A DNA stretch of 64,000 bases, from positions 868,001 through 932,000 of the forward strand of contig OZ237748.1 of the NCBI GenBank assembly GCA_965178125.1. The letters run 5' to 3'. The DNA is from Bilabrum cf. latius (taxonomy: Eukaryota). The position numbers and the translations under genes are program-made. This document shows, piece by piece, positions 13,611 through 26,992 of the stretch (positions within the stretch are counted from its first letter, which is position 1; the number at the start of each line of letters is the position of its first letter). The notes beneath the pieces are model-generated. The model saw only the letters and a list, made by a program, of their open reading frames with translations, ran no database searches and was not told the origin of the DNA.

Positions 13611-13810
13611 CTGCTGCAGCGAGCGCGTTCGCGCCGACCTGGCCCCGCCGCGACTATCCCGCCACCTCGTCCGAATTCATACTGCGCAACGCAAGAGTTG
13701 TTGTACAGTTGGTATCCTTTCGGATGTTGTTGTTGTGCGATATATGAATTCGGAGGAGGTGGCGGGTGAGTCGCGGCGGGCCAGGTCGACGGGCAATCGC
13801 CCGCTGCTGC
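13611..13810. repeat. Imperfect long inverted repeat / fold-back
   Basis: 13635-13681 is the reverse complement of 13743-13788 at ~43 of 47 positions, with weaker pairing outward and into the loop. Confidence 0.85.
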
Positions 13811-13931
13811 CGTTCCCCAGTAGCATCCTGCAAGGCTGGATTAAAGGCAAAGATCAGGGGAGGAAGAGGAACAAAAGGGGGCGCAAACGAGGGGCAGGCG
13901 CGAGCTGCTCGTCACACCGTGAAGGGACAGC

Positions 13932-15077
13932 TCAGAGAGGCCCCCACAGCCGGCCCGGCCCCACACATTTTGATACGTACCAGCGCAGAAGCACTGCCAC
14001 TTTCCACGACGAGTGCCAGCCGCACACGAGAACGCCCCGCGGGAACGCACTCGTCACATCCCCACCCCGAACACTCGTCACACCGTCGAGCTCACGGTCT
14101 TCGTAGCGCAAGACGCTCCGGTAGTGCCGAAGCCTCGTCTCGAGCAGCTGGCGCGACCACCGCTTCGCATCACGCTTGGAGACCCAAACGATGCCGGCGC
14201 GCGGAAGAGTTGACGGTTCGGGGTCACAGCAGTGCGATGCACCCGCGGATGCGGACGATCCCATGAAAAATGCACGGTTGTCGCCACTTGCCCAGTCCCG
14301 CCCAACCACGATCAGGTTACCCGCACCGCATCTGGAACCAGCACCAGCACCAGCACCAGCACCAGCACCAGCACCAGCACCAGCACCAGCACCAGCACCA
14401 GCACCAGCACCAGCACCAGCACCAGCACCAGCACCAGCACCAGCACCAGCACCAGCAGCACCAGCACCAGCGCGCTTGCGCTCGCATGGGTACCCACGGC
14501 CTGGGCAACACTTCCGTCCATTGGCTCTCTCCCACATGTCCCCGCCCTGCAAAGACCGGAACTGTTCGACGACGAAATCCGCTCGAAACATGCCGCCACA
14601 ATCACTCGTCACACCTGCATCGGGGTAGAGCAGCGCGGTCCACGCATATCCCACCGTATGGCCCCTGCGGCACTTCAGTGGCACCAGCCTGCCAAATCCA
14701 CGGGTGTATTGGCGCCACCCGGATGATTCTACTGGCCACTGCGGCCACGCGATGGGGGGTTCGGCGCGTGCAAGCGAACGTTCCTCTGTGGCCCCACCGG
14801 CCTCCTCCTCCTCCTACTCACCGCGATTCTGGCTGCACTCGTCATCGCCACACCGTCCTTGTGCACCCCCTCCGACGACCATACCTCCCCCCACGCATGT
14901 GTGCTCGGGGGCAGCTTGCGCTTCCAGCTGGGATCTCTAGGGTTCGATTCCGGGAGACGGCGTCGAGGGCGACGCAGCGCCGGCGCCAGAATGCGGCGCG
15001 ATTGCCGACATCGCAACGGTGCGCTCGGTGGCCTGCAGCGAGGGGTCGGGCGAGGAGCGAGCAGCGTGCTCACTCAT
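13932..15077 (-). CDS. Hypothetical protein (~381 aa) with an (AG)n tract
   Basis: ATG 15077 is in frame with track ORF 13932..14684 via two TAGs and ends at TGA. A (GCACCA)n microsatellite at 14337-14471 encodes poly-AG. Confidence 0.5.
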
Positions 15078-15440
15078 TCGATCGCCTTCCCCCACCGCTT
15101 TGGAACCACCTCGCGCGCCGCCCGACGGCAAATCTTTGTCTGTTTTGCTGCGATACGCATGCATAAATAAGCGAAATATGCATTTTAGTCGAATTAGCTC
15201 GGAGAGTATTCCATAAAACCCTTTTGAACGGAAATATGTCGGGTTTACACAACGCGGTCCGAACGTAGCTACAGGCGCTGCACGTACTCGGCATTGGCGA
15301 GTTGTCCAACACAAGAAAACTCACGAGTCTACCCTCAGCATATGGTTCCGTAAACCACCAAATGCAGGTAGACCCGTAGCTGTCGGCTCGACAGATACGG
15401 GAGACTGCAAGCAACGCGGTCCACGGCTGGACGCTTGTAT

Positions 15441-17264
15441 ATGCCTCACCGTCGTCAAGATCGGAGCTCATCCAAACGGAACCACACAAACGGCATTTCA
15501 AGATACCTGCCTATGATTGGCTTAGCTGCATTAGGTGCGCCCAAGGGATAGTCGTAGCTCTCGACAAGTGCTGTTCTGACTGCACTGGTCAGCCTGTTAT
15601 CGGTCATTCTCACGTTCGGGACCGACCTATCTTCAAAGGTTGACTGCTGCAACGCTCGGGCAGCATCTTTTGCGGAACCCCTCATTAACTCCATTGAACC
15701 AGCAGCAGACGCTTTCACGGAATACTGTCCGGATTTTTCGAGTGGGAGGAGCAGCTCGCAACTTGAGTTCGTCACCTCAGTGGCGAACTCGTCATCGGTT
15801 GACTCAAACGGCCCGGTCAGGATTGAGTCAAGCAGCATAGGATGCGGCTGCCTGGCCTCCCTGCTTCTGCCCACAGCAGATTCGAGACAGCATACAGCCT
15901 GGAACTCCGTTGAGCACCTGTGCCGCGCCAACATGATCGCGAGCCGGATTCGCAACTCCAGCTCCGCCGCGAGCACGGTCGTGCGCACGTGCGGCCTAGA
16001 CGGCATCAACGCCGTGAGATGTCGCTGTTTGAACGAATACCAGGACGATGTCGAGCATCTTGAGGAGTGGTGCGATGGCATCCCTTTGCTGCTGATGTTT
16101 TCGTGCGGTTTCGTCGTGCTCGTCGCAATCATCGACTGCACCCGCATCCCGATCGAGCCTCCGTTGAGCACCGGGGTCCATAAAGGCATCAAGAACGTTG
16201 TGATCCGCGTGCAGGCTGTGCGGGTGGCCTGTGTGATGGGGATCGGACTCTCAGTGATCGCACTGTTCTTCTTCAGCTAGACTGGGCTTGGCTGGGGCCG
16301 GCCGCCCCTCTACTCGCATGCAGTTTGGTGGGTGGATGGGGCGTACATCGTGCTTGCGATCTCTGGCGTAACATATCTAACCGCTTCAATGATCCAGGAT
16401 ATCACTGGATTTGACAGTGGCTATCTCGATCCAGGGCGGGAGAACCAGCTTCTGCTGCCGCAGTCAGGTGACCGCGCGACTGTCATACTGGGGGATGCAG
16501 CTCTGTATCGCGTAAGAGAGAACTGCCTATGCTTGGAGTTCTTATGCTGTTGCCACCTCAGGCCACGGATTTCGAACGTCCTAGCATCTTCTGATCGTAA
16601 TTATAGAACCGCCAGTGGAATTTTCTGGAGAGACGAAGACGTCCGGTAGAAGTGTGAGTACGGCGTCTTTGTGATCATGGAAGGCGGCGACAAGGTGATG
16701 CCTAGAATCGTACCAAGCGAGCACCAAACGAAACGAGTCAAGCTCCCGGCCATGGTCATTGAACGCCATGGCTCCGGCACCAGGTCCTACCTGAAGCTCA
16801 GTTACTGGACATTTAGGCAGGTGTCCATCCCTCCGAATGGGGACTTTCGTGACGTGCAGGTGCACGGCAGAGCACGTTCTGCAGATTTGTTCCCCGAGCT
16901 GGACGTAGAGGAGCTCAAGCGTAAGCTCAAGCAAGACTCTGAGCTCGGTGAGTTTTCTTTGCAAGCATTAACAGTCATAAGAACAAGGTTATTCTTGTTG
17001 TCGCTGTCTGGATAGGTTTTGGGCGATTCAATTGTGTTTAGAAGGCCAGAAACCGAAATTGCGGTAGCCTGCATCGGCTACCGTAGCATGAGCGAGTACT
17101 GTGAATCCAATGGAGCGACCGATCCAAGCACGCCGGAACAAGCTTGTATCTCAGCCAGCCAGCCTGAGCAGTTTGGTTCAGTCGATGCGACACGAGGGCG
17201 AGGGTCAGACGGATCGTTCGAGGTTAGTCCAGCGAGGTTTCGAAATGGTCAACAAGCAGACTGA
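15441..17264 (+). CDS. Hypothetical membrane protein; start and introns uncertain
   Basis: Track ORFs 15780, 16332, 16671 and 17019 share a frame, are broken only by TAG and end at TGA 17262. Hydrophobic segments include IPLLLMFSCGFVVLVAII and VACVMGIGLSVIALFFF. Probable GT donors lie near 16512 and 16948. Confidence 0.55.
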
Positions 17265-17712
17265 ACAAACGGCAACCAAATCCACGTATCCTTTTTGGAT
17301 CCTGATCCAGGATATGGTGCTGAAACGCATCGCAAGGTTGCACTTCAGCAACGGCCTTGCACCTGCTGGCAGGTCGGAGCTATGGGAAGGTGAAGGCGAC
17401 GCTATCACTCGTGGAAATCACGCTTGGTGGCCCCTGTGGCAGCACAGCCCCATCTAGGTTGAGTAAAGTTTTTGCGCACCTTCTCGACCCCAGACCCTTC
17501 GGTGATGAAGTGCACGTGCTTTTCGCAGCCCCGATTAGTCCGGTCAAGGGTCTCGAACTCGCCATCCCCTGTATTTTTTTTTTCAATTATTTATAGCCTT
17601 ATGACTAGGTTAGAACTAGCATGATTTTCAATGGTGTTGCTGACGGTACACAAGCTTCAGAGTTGATTTTGACCAGGCTAGACTGTGGAGCAGAGAGTCA
17701 CCTGATGGTGAC

Positions 17713-20700
17713 TCACCACAGCGCACCCCCCTCATCGTCCGAGGAGTCACCATCCCCCCCACCCCCACCACCATCCTGCAGCACCACCTCCTCCTCCATC
17801 CCCTCCATCGCCGCATCCTTCAGCGCCTGCTCCTCCCTTAGCCGCCTCCTCGTCTCCTCCTCCTTCTCCTTGTCCCTGCCAGCGGCACCCATGGACCGCC
17901 TGGCTGCCGCCGCCTCCTCGTCCACGTTCACCTTGCGCACACCAGTCAGTGAGCCGCTGCCCCCACTCGTCACACCACTACCACCACCACCGGACCCGCT
18001 TTGGCCACCCTCCGCACGGAGCCTTTCCCTCCTCTCTTTCGCGGTCTCGATCTTGATGGCCCCTCCCCCGGCACCACCGCCCCCGTACCCCCATCCGGAG
18101 CCCCACCCAGCCCCCGCGCCCGTCCCCCCCGCCCCGTCCCCACTGCTGGGCCAGTCCCCGAAGAGGTTCAGATCGGGTCTGAGGGGATCGTCAGGCGGCT
18201 GCTGCAGCATGGCCCTCTGCTTTTCGGAGAAACCGCGCTCGGGCCAGTCGAGGAGAGTGATGGTCACCTCATCCCCGCCCTCGAGATTGACCACCTGGCC
18301 AGAGTAGTCCACGGCAGGCCACAGGCTAGGTCCCAATGCAGCGGAAGGATCTGCCGTGTCTGTGCCTGTCTTCCACAGGGAGTCCGGGTCGTAAGGGTCC
18401 GGTGGCGATTTCGATTCCGAGTTGCTGCCGGGCGGTGGGTCGGTGCCGCCTGCACCACCAGGCGATGCACCCTGCTGCTGTTTCGTATCCTGTTCCGGTT
18501 TGGCTGGAAGCGGGGGCACCTCGTCCACGCCCGCGCCCAGCCCCAGCCCCAGTGTCCCGTGCCCTGGATGCCCCGGCCCCACGTCCACCCCCGAGAATGT
18601 CTTGAGCTCGCAATCGCCCTGCACGCCCAGAGTCGCCTTGGCGTTGTAAGCCGAATCAACCGAGTAGGCGAGTCGGCGCCAATCCACCCCGGCAGCCGCT
18701 GCGATCCTGCGACCGAGGGCCTCCCACCCGTCGCCTTTGACCACCCTTACCTCCCTGCGTGGCCAAAGGTGTCCCCTGCTCCGATCCCACCATCGCACCC
18801 GCACGATCGCCTGCCCGTCTTCCGCCAGTCCTGCGGAACCGGCCGGCGCCGCGCGTGTCCGCAGCGTCGCCTCGGGGTGCTCCCCCGTGGCCAGGATCGC
18901 ACTCGTCACATCCTCCTCACTCGTCACACCGTCCTCCGGCGGCCTAACCTCGAAGGAAAGCAAGGCCCCCGGGTACAGCGAGGCAGACCCCACCGCTGTG
19001 CTCACAGTCGCCCCGGCCGATTCAACGACCGCCCCCGGCTGCGTGCTGAACTTCCTGCCCCGGACCCATGCGCCCGCCGCCCAATCGCCCGGAGTGACTT
19101 CTTCAAGAAGATCGCCCACCGCGGGATCTGCCTGGGCCTCGAGCAGCTGCGCCGCAATGGGATGCATCTCGCCCCCGCGCTCGGCCGAAGCGTCGACGGC
19201 CGCCTGCGCCGCGTCTCTGGTTGCAATCAGGTGCCTGTGTTCCCTGGCACCGAGTTCCGCAAGGCGCCGCGCAACCACGGCCGCCACCGCTCGCAGTGGA
19301 ACTTCCGGCAGCAGCGGAAGGTCGGCTATCTTCATCCTCTCGATTGGCAGGTCCGTCAGGAGCGGGTGGTTCGGCTCGGGTGCCACAAAGGGGGCCGCAG
19401 GGGAGGGGCTGCCCTTGGTCTTGATCTCAGCTGTGTTCCCGGGTTGTCCATTTTCTGTGGTCTCACCTGCATTGTCCTTAGCCTCAGCTTTGCTCTTGAT
19501 CTTGTTCTCTTCCTCGCCCCAGAATACCTCTTTAAGCCGGGTCGTGTCACCCTCCTCTGGCAGGATTTGCGGCCGGCCGAGTGGACCCCACGGGGACGCA
19601 CTCGTCACATCTTTGCCCGACTGGTCACCGCCGGAGGACGCACCGGCAGCGGAAGTGGGATCTCCACTCGTCACACCACCACTCGTCACACCCGCAGCCT
19701 TGTTCCTCGCCGCCTCCGTCTCTCTCTCCTGCACCGCCATGGCAGCCCTGGCTTCCACCCTCTCCTCCTCCGTGGGGGCAGGAGGGACCCACCCTGTGAC
19801 GAGTGGACTCGGAGTCGGAACCGGTCCACCTGGGCTCGCGCCCTCGCTCTCAGCACCGGTTGCAGCAAGGGACTGCATCTCCTTCCCCTTCCCGTCCCAG
19901 TCCCCGCACGCAGTGTCAAACCAGCGCCAACCTACAGCCCACGGCGCCCGCAGCACCTGCACGGCGCAGATCTGCTCACCAGCCCGAATGTCCCTGCCGT
20001 CCCGGAGAGCCATCTTGTCCTCCCTATAGATGTGCGTGTCCAGCAGGAGGGTGGGCCGCCCACTCGTCACACCCCCGGACAGCATGGCCCGCGAGGTGTT
20101 GCCCTTGTGAGCCTGGAAATGACCCGGAGTCAGGCCTGCCGCTTTGGCCAGGGCCGCCTTCAGCTCCACCACCGGTCTCCGCACGTCGAACAGGATCACG
20201 CCTTCCCGGCGCCGCAGCGGCACTTGCTTCTCCTTCTCACTGCCGGCCTCTTTCACGTCTGCGCCCGCGCCTGCCCCAGAGCTGGCACCCGGGCTGGCTG
20301 ACCCAACCGCGGGCGAAGGCGAAGATGACGACGACGATGATGATGCCGGTGCTTCCACGGTCTTCCCGCCTTTGACCACGTCTTGTTCCCCAAGATCGCC
20401 GGTTGCAACCGCGCCCTCGTACTCCCAGGGCAGAGCCGCGGAGAACACCCGCTGCTCGATGCATCGCACTGCGGCGCTGTCCACACTCGTCACAGGGACC
20501 ATGGACCCCAGCTCCGCGCTGCTGTAGGGGCAATAGTCCTTGTCTCCAAATGCGGCTCCCCTCGCCGAACCTTCCTCCTGCTGCATTACGTCACCAAAGG
20601 GTTCGTCGGGGGCGTCGGGATCTGCCGCAGCGGCGGCGGCTGCTGATGACCTGGGATCGGATGACCCGGAGTCGGAAGTCCCGCTGCCGATCGCGGCGTC

Positions 20701-23700
20701 GACGGCAGAAGCAGCCGCCGCCGCCCCGCCATCCCCACTCGTCACACCGCTCGGGTCCTCGCCCGCCCCGTCGCCTTCCTCGTCGTCCATCGCCCCCGAC
20801 CAGGGCTTCATTCCCGCGGCAGTGTCCCCGGCGGCAGCCGCCACCCTGGGACCCTCCTCGTCCTCACTCGTCACACCATCGGGGAGCAGCTCCCCCAGCA
20901 CCTCGCCCCCCTCCCCGATCCCCATGCCGCCCAGCGCCCACGCGGTGCGTCGGACGGCCCACTCGTCACACCCGTCTCCGCCCTGACCCGCACTCGTCAC
21001 ACGGTACCTGCAGAAATCCCCCTTCTTCCGCGAGGTACCGCGGAGCCGCCACGCGCTCAGCTGCCGGCTATTTCCGGTATAGCTCAGGGCATCCTTGCTC
21101 TGGCAGCTCCAGCGGAACATGCGGAGCCTGGAATGCGCGGCGCCGGAAAGCCGGGGCGCGATCCTCGGATGTTCCGCAATGCGGCGCCGCAGCTCCTCCA
21201 GCGTCGCGCCGGGGGGGACCCTGACGATGGCGGGGTCCAGGGTGAGTGGGGGGACGAACCTTCCGAGCGAAGGTTCGCTGGCTTCCTGCCTGCTGCTAGA
21301 GTCGTCACCCGAAGCACCGCCCAGATCGCCGTCGCCATCTCCGTCACGAGCACCGGCAGCGGCACCGGCACCGGCACCGGCAGCGGCTTTGCCGTCGCCG
21401 GGCACAAACACGCGAACTTTCACGGAAATGTCCCCGTCGTCCCAGCGCACCCACGGGTGCATCGCACTGTCGCGCACCTCAAGGCATAGATAGCTGTGCC
21501 TCGATATCTTGGTGGACTGGATCCGTTTCAGCTCCGGGTCGTCTGGAACAAGCTCCACGGCCTCCTCGATCCCGTCCCCGTTTTGGTGTGACGAGTGCGG
21601 ATCGGCCGAAGAGGAGGAGGAGGAGGAGGAGAGATCAAGGGCCCTGGCCTTCGCCAGCAAGGGCACGAACTCGGAGCCGGAATCTCCCCACTCCTGCCCC
21701 ACAGGGGGGCCCATCGCACCCGTCCCCCCTCGCCACATCCGCAGCCTGATGCAGCTCAACGGATACATTTTCCGGCCCGCGGGCCCGATCCACGACTCCC
21801 GGCGGGGGTCTTCCCCGAAGGAGACCTGCCTGGCCATGCCCTCCGGTGGGGGCGCCAGAGCAGGGTGTGACGAGTGTGGGGCGGCAGCGGAATCATCGCC
21901 CTCTCCATCACCACTTTGACCACCCTCATGGTCAGAAGGTGTCCAAAGGCCGTGGGCCTCTGCCGCCCTCCGTTTGAACTCGAGCACAGTCTCGTTCCTC
22001 GAGATCGTCAGCTCGAACGTCTGGTGGGACTCTTTCAGCCGATCCACCAAGTCGGGCCCGGCCTCGGTGTGATGAGCGGACTCGGAATCGGAACCGAGGG
22101 TGCCGGCGCATGGGCGCGCCGCCCGCGGCAGCTTGGTTGACACTGGCCTGAGCCCAGCCACCTCATCGTTCGCCAGCTGACCCAGGATCGGGTCATCCAG
22201 CTCGTTCCACCGGTGGACCACATTGACCTGGATCTTGGCGGCTTCTTCGAGCCGTGCCTGTTCCGCGGCTTGTTCCGCGGCTTTGGCCGCCTCGGCCTCC
22301 CTGGTGACCCATGGGGGCACGTCCCCCTTGTTCCCCTCGGGGAGGGGTGCCCCCACCCTGACGTACGTCTGAGTCAGCGTTGAGGGGTCCGGGTCATCAT
22401 CCTTGGTGGTGGCCACTGTATCCCTGCCACCGTCACCATCCTCACCATCGTCAGCACCGTCACCAGCATCAACGGCTCCTACAGTGGATGCCTCGTCCCC
22501 TTTCCTCGGTCTGGCCGCGTCCTCTTCAGCTGCCAGCACGCCCAGCGGATCGATCCCGAGTGCAGCCGCCTGCTCAATCGTCACACCGTACGACTCAGTC
22601 ATGAAGCTCCATTCCTGCACCTACATGTCGCGTGGGTAGCCGCTCGCTCCTGCCAGGTCGTCAGCGAGCCCCTGCAGCCCAACCCTCTGGCTCTCGGTCA
22701 GGATCCCAGCGGCGGGTCTAGATACATCTTCCGGTCTGGATGGCTCTTCCGGTCTGGATGACTCGTCCTCCTCCTCATTATCCCTCTCCTTTTCCTGCTC
22801 CTATTCCCCCTCCTTGTAGTCGTCACACGAATACGCACCCGGGTCCCTCTGGATGCATCGCACTGCGGTTTCCCCCACGGTGTTACCCCTGGGACCCACC
22901 TCCACCTGCTGCCAGGAGGGGCCCGGTGAACCTGGTGTGACGAGTGATGACGAGGGCACGGCTCCGGTCCCTTCGCCTGCACCTGCAGACACTGCACCCT
23001 CTCCCCCATCGCACTCGTCACACGGGGGTGGGACACATTCCGCGCGGCGGTACACCACAAAGTAGGCGGTCCCGCTGCCGAACGCGCCGCCCTTGCTGCC
23101 TCCCAGGTTTGACCACCTGCCGCCCCAGCAACGCACCACCTCCACGTCGGTCGCACTCGTCACACTGGAATCGTTGAACTCGTGCCACCGGCCCGTGGAG
23201 ACGTCCTTGACGTACGAGTAGTAGTGGCCGGAGCCGGTCCCGCCTGCGTGTACGAGAACCGCGTACAGCTCGTACAGCGACTCGGAGCCGAAATCACCGT
23301 CGTGGCCGTTGCCGTTGCCTCCGGCTCCTTCCCCTTGGTCGTCGTCGGTCCCGCCACTTCCGGCTCCGGGTCCAGTGTCGGCCATCCTCTCGAGCTTGCT
23401 GATCTGCAGCGCGGGGTTGAGGTCGGGGTTTGGCTCTTCTCCTTCTCCTTCTCCTTTGCCCTTGTCGCCTTCATCGCCACCACCGCCCGAGAACCCCGAG
23501 GCCGCCGCGGCCGCCGGGCCCGCGGAAACCGCACTCGTCACACCTGACTCCTTCCTCCTCCGGTCCTCCTCCTATTTTTGCTCCTCCTTCTCTGTTATCT
23601 TCCTCTGCCTGTGCATCGCAACAAGCTCCCTGGGATCCGCGTCCGGCTGGTACTCGAGGGGCAGTTCCCTCCAAGCATCGAACAGATCGGCGCCCTCTGG

Positions 23701-23749
23701 CACTGGTGCATCGGGTGACGGCATCACTGCCTGACCAGGGGCATCGGGA

Positions 23750-23791
<42 letters not shown>

Positions 23792-26232
23792 GATGACGAG
23801 GGTTCACCACCTTGGCCACCACTCCCACTTTGCCCATCCCCACCCTCACCCCCACCTTCCTTCTCCTTCTCCTTCTCCTTCTCCTTCAGCTCCTTGATTG
23901 CTTGTTCCCTGGCCTGCGCCAGGCACCTCTTCGCCGCGATCCTCTCCCCCCCTTCCCCAGACCTGACCCACATCCAAAAGGGAAACCTAAGCTCGTCCAG
24001 CACCTTCTTGGACTGGAACGTGACCAAGTCCAGAGTGAACCTGTGGAGATGGAAGGCCAAGTGAGGCGAGGCAGACACCAGCAGCTCCCCCTTCACGCTC
24101 CGGGTCCGCTCCCCGCACTCGTCACATGTCACGGCGTTCCCACCCTCCATCACGGTGGCGCTTTGGGCCTTGGCCAGCGCCTTGACAAGCGTCGTGGGTC
24201 CGCTGCCCTCCTCCCCCCCCATGGGCCTGACCTCCACCCCCATGTCCGTGTGGCCCTGCACGCGCCTGCGCACCTCCCCGCACTAAGTGCACGCTACATA
24301 ATCCGACATGCGGCTCTCGAAGGCGGAGGAGAAGGGCTTCCGGCCCAGCTCCTGGGGGGGCGGCGCCAGGGTAGATTTCCATTCCGAGTCCTCGGCCTGC
24401 TCCGCAGCGCGCTGTTTGGCCATCGCTTCCTGCTGCTCTCGGTGAGCCTTGGCATCTTCATCTTCATTTTCATCGCCATCTTCATCATTCTTCCCCTCCT
24501 CTTCCTCCTCCTTGTCTCGGCCGCTGCCTTCCCCATGGTCTGTGGCTTTCTCGGGGTGAGCTGCGTCCTCGGCACTCGTCACACCCTCACTCATCACACC
24601 ACCAGCCCCCTCCGTCCCCCCCATGAGGTGGTCAAAGGCGCCCTCCTGCCCCACCCTCTCGTCAAAATTCCGGTCCATCGCGTCCAGAAGAACGTGAAAG
24701 AGCTCCTGCGCGTCTGACTGCTGAAAAACCTGCCCGTCAGTCCAATGGAACGAGTCTGTCAGCGCGCGAGTGGACGCCGCGGGGGGAGAGGCGAACAGCC
24801 CGCCGCTGTAAGTAGGCGAAGATGAAGAAGAGGAATGGGACTGCTCCTGGCCCTGCCCAAAGGCCTCCTTGAGCCCCCAGGGGTCGTTGGGGTCAGCCTC
24901 ATTGGGCCCCTGGGGGTCCGTGGGGTCACCGCCACCTGCCCCCGACAGTGCGGGGTCTTGCTCGGGTGCAGCGGACTGCGGCACATCCCCTGATTTTGAC
25001 TCCGAGTCGGTACCCTTTGCGTCAGCGTTCGGATCAGCACCATGTGCGGTCTTTCCAGCTTTCGAATTGTCTTCATCTCCCTCCTCGCCCTTCTTTTGCT
25101 TCTCTCCGTCTTGATGCTTCCCTCCATCCTCATCAGCCCCTCCATTCTTCTCCTCTTCCTCCTGGTCCTTGTCCTTGGCCTTGTCCTCGGCCTGGTTGTC
25201 CGCACGACGTGCAGCCCACGCGGCGGCATCTCGCCCCGCCACTGCCTCCACGCCCGCCCTGCCCTGGTCCTGGCCCTCCTGCAGCCTCGCGAACAGCCGC
25301 TGGCACTGCAGTAGAATGCACTCGGCCTGGTCACCGTCCACCTCCTCGCAATACCGGAACCACTCCAGCACCCTCCGGCGGAAATCCGGAGTCATAAAGA
25401 GCATCTGCAGCAGCGAGTTCAGGTAGCACGTCGCCCCCTGGTTCCCCAGTCCGCTAAAGGGGGACAGCGGAACCAGCGCGGCGCCGGGGCCGCTGCTTGG
25501 GAGGTTGCAACCGGCGCGCCGCCCGTGCCACTGCGCCTTCATCCCAAGGTCACTACCAGCACCAGCACCAGCACCAGCGCCGCCGCTTTCTTCATCTTCA
25601 TCTTCATCGGGCTGCGTGACCTTCACCCCAGGCACGCCCCCGAAGCTGAAACCGGAACCAGGGCTCGCCCACGGGTCCGAATCCGCCCCATCGGGCTGCG
25701 GTGCCGTCTGACCCCATGCATCCAAGGGGGCCGGGGCCGGGGCAGGGGCAGAGGCAGGGGCCGCACCATCGTGCGATGCACCCGTCCCGGACCCCGAGGC
25801 ACCCTCCCCCCCACCACTCCCGCTCCCGCCTTCACTCGTCACACCGCTGCCGCCCCCCTCCCCGGACTCTGTGGGTGCCCTCTCCACGGCAGGCTGCCCC
25901 CCGAATACGAAACCGCCCGAGCCGCCGTCACTCGTCACACCGGCGTCCCCTCCCGCCAGCATGTCGCCCCAAGCCTGCCCCACCAGCCCCCCCTCCTGCA
26001 CCCCGGGCGTGTCACTCGTCACACCCGATCCATCCCTGGCCATGTCGGGCAGCCCCTCGGTCCCGTAAGCGCCCTCGGCCGCCCTGGCCCTGGCCTGCGC
26101 ATCGTCCTCTTCGGCTTGCAATCGCATGGCGAGCGCTAAGCTGGCGTCCTCGTCCGATTCCGAGTTGGCTCCTCCGCCGTTGCCTCCGCCGCTGCTGCCG
26201 GTTGACTAGTCGCCGCCTGCCGTGCCGCTCAT
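17713..26232 (-). CDS. Ubiquitin-specific protease (peptidase C19, USP40/USP47-like), ~2,839 aa, apparently intronless
   Basis: Cys box GLGNQGATCYLNSLLQMLFMTPDFRR, QQSDAQELF, Zn finger CT*C...CDEC, His box YAVLVHAGGTGSGHYYSYVKD...WHEFNDSSV, and a UIM-like DASLALAMRLQAEE. One frame runs from ATG 26232 to TGA 17713 with 5 in-frame TAGs (26206, 24283, 23572, 22801, 22621). Confidence 0.9.
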
Positions 26233-26992
26233 CGCACAAGCAGCTTTTGGTTGTTTAATGCTAGGTGCTGCGCGAAGCAACGTGAAACGTGAAACGAATG
26301 AGGACGGTGTTAGATATGTACGGCTACTACACAATCCAATTCATTCCCAGAGGTGGATGATTCTGGGCGAAAAGCTCCGGCAAGTCTTGCCTGTGCCGAG
26401 GACACCACCCAAACTTGCCTACAACAGCCCACACCTCGCACATAGATAGAACATGATATTCAAACCACAATGAATGAGCGCTGGTTCGAATAATGACAGT
26501 TTTATCTGCTCAACGAGTTGTGTTCTCAGCGAATCAGGAAGCCCGTGCTGTACCTAGCCATGTGTCCAAACAAAACCATTCATTCATGATCGTCTAACAC
26601 CAAAAGGATCTCACTAGTACTTGTATCGATACAGATAGCAAACCAAAGCTATTTGCCGCGGGTAAATGCTTCAAGAAGCCTAACTATTGCATTGCAATCC
26701 GAACACACCTTGAGGCATTTTCGGTGTTTCCGATCGGATCATGCCGTGTGCATGCACAGCATGTTGCCGAGAGAGACCCCAGGGGGGAATCGCGCCTGCC
26801 TGTGTAAGTAAATAGCGTTACTCGGGCCAATTTCGTCTTTGAATGCCTCATTCAAGACAACAAGCCGCCAATCAAGATCCGATCGGAGTACTGGAACCAT
26901 CCCATCCCACATGTGCACACCACAAATCAAGGCCCCGAAGAATCCACAACCCGAGGAGAGCAAAAAGTCTTCCTAGCCCCCTTTAGCCCACA

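Noticed and set aside
18001-26258. Many long plus-strand ORFs over the USP gene
   Set aside because: They are GC-rich antisense shadows of a gene with clear catalytic motifs on the minus strand.
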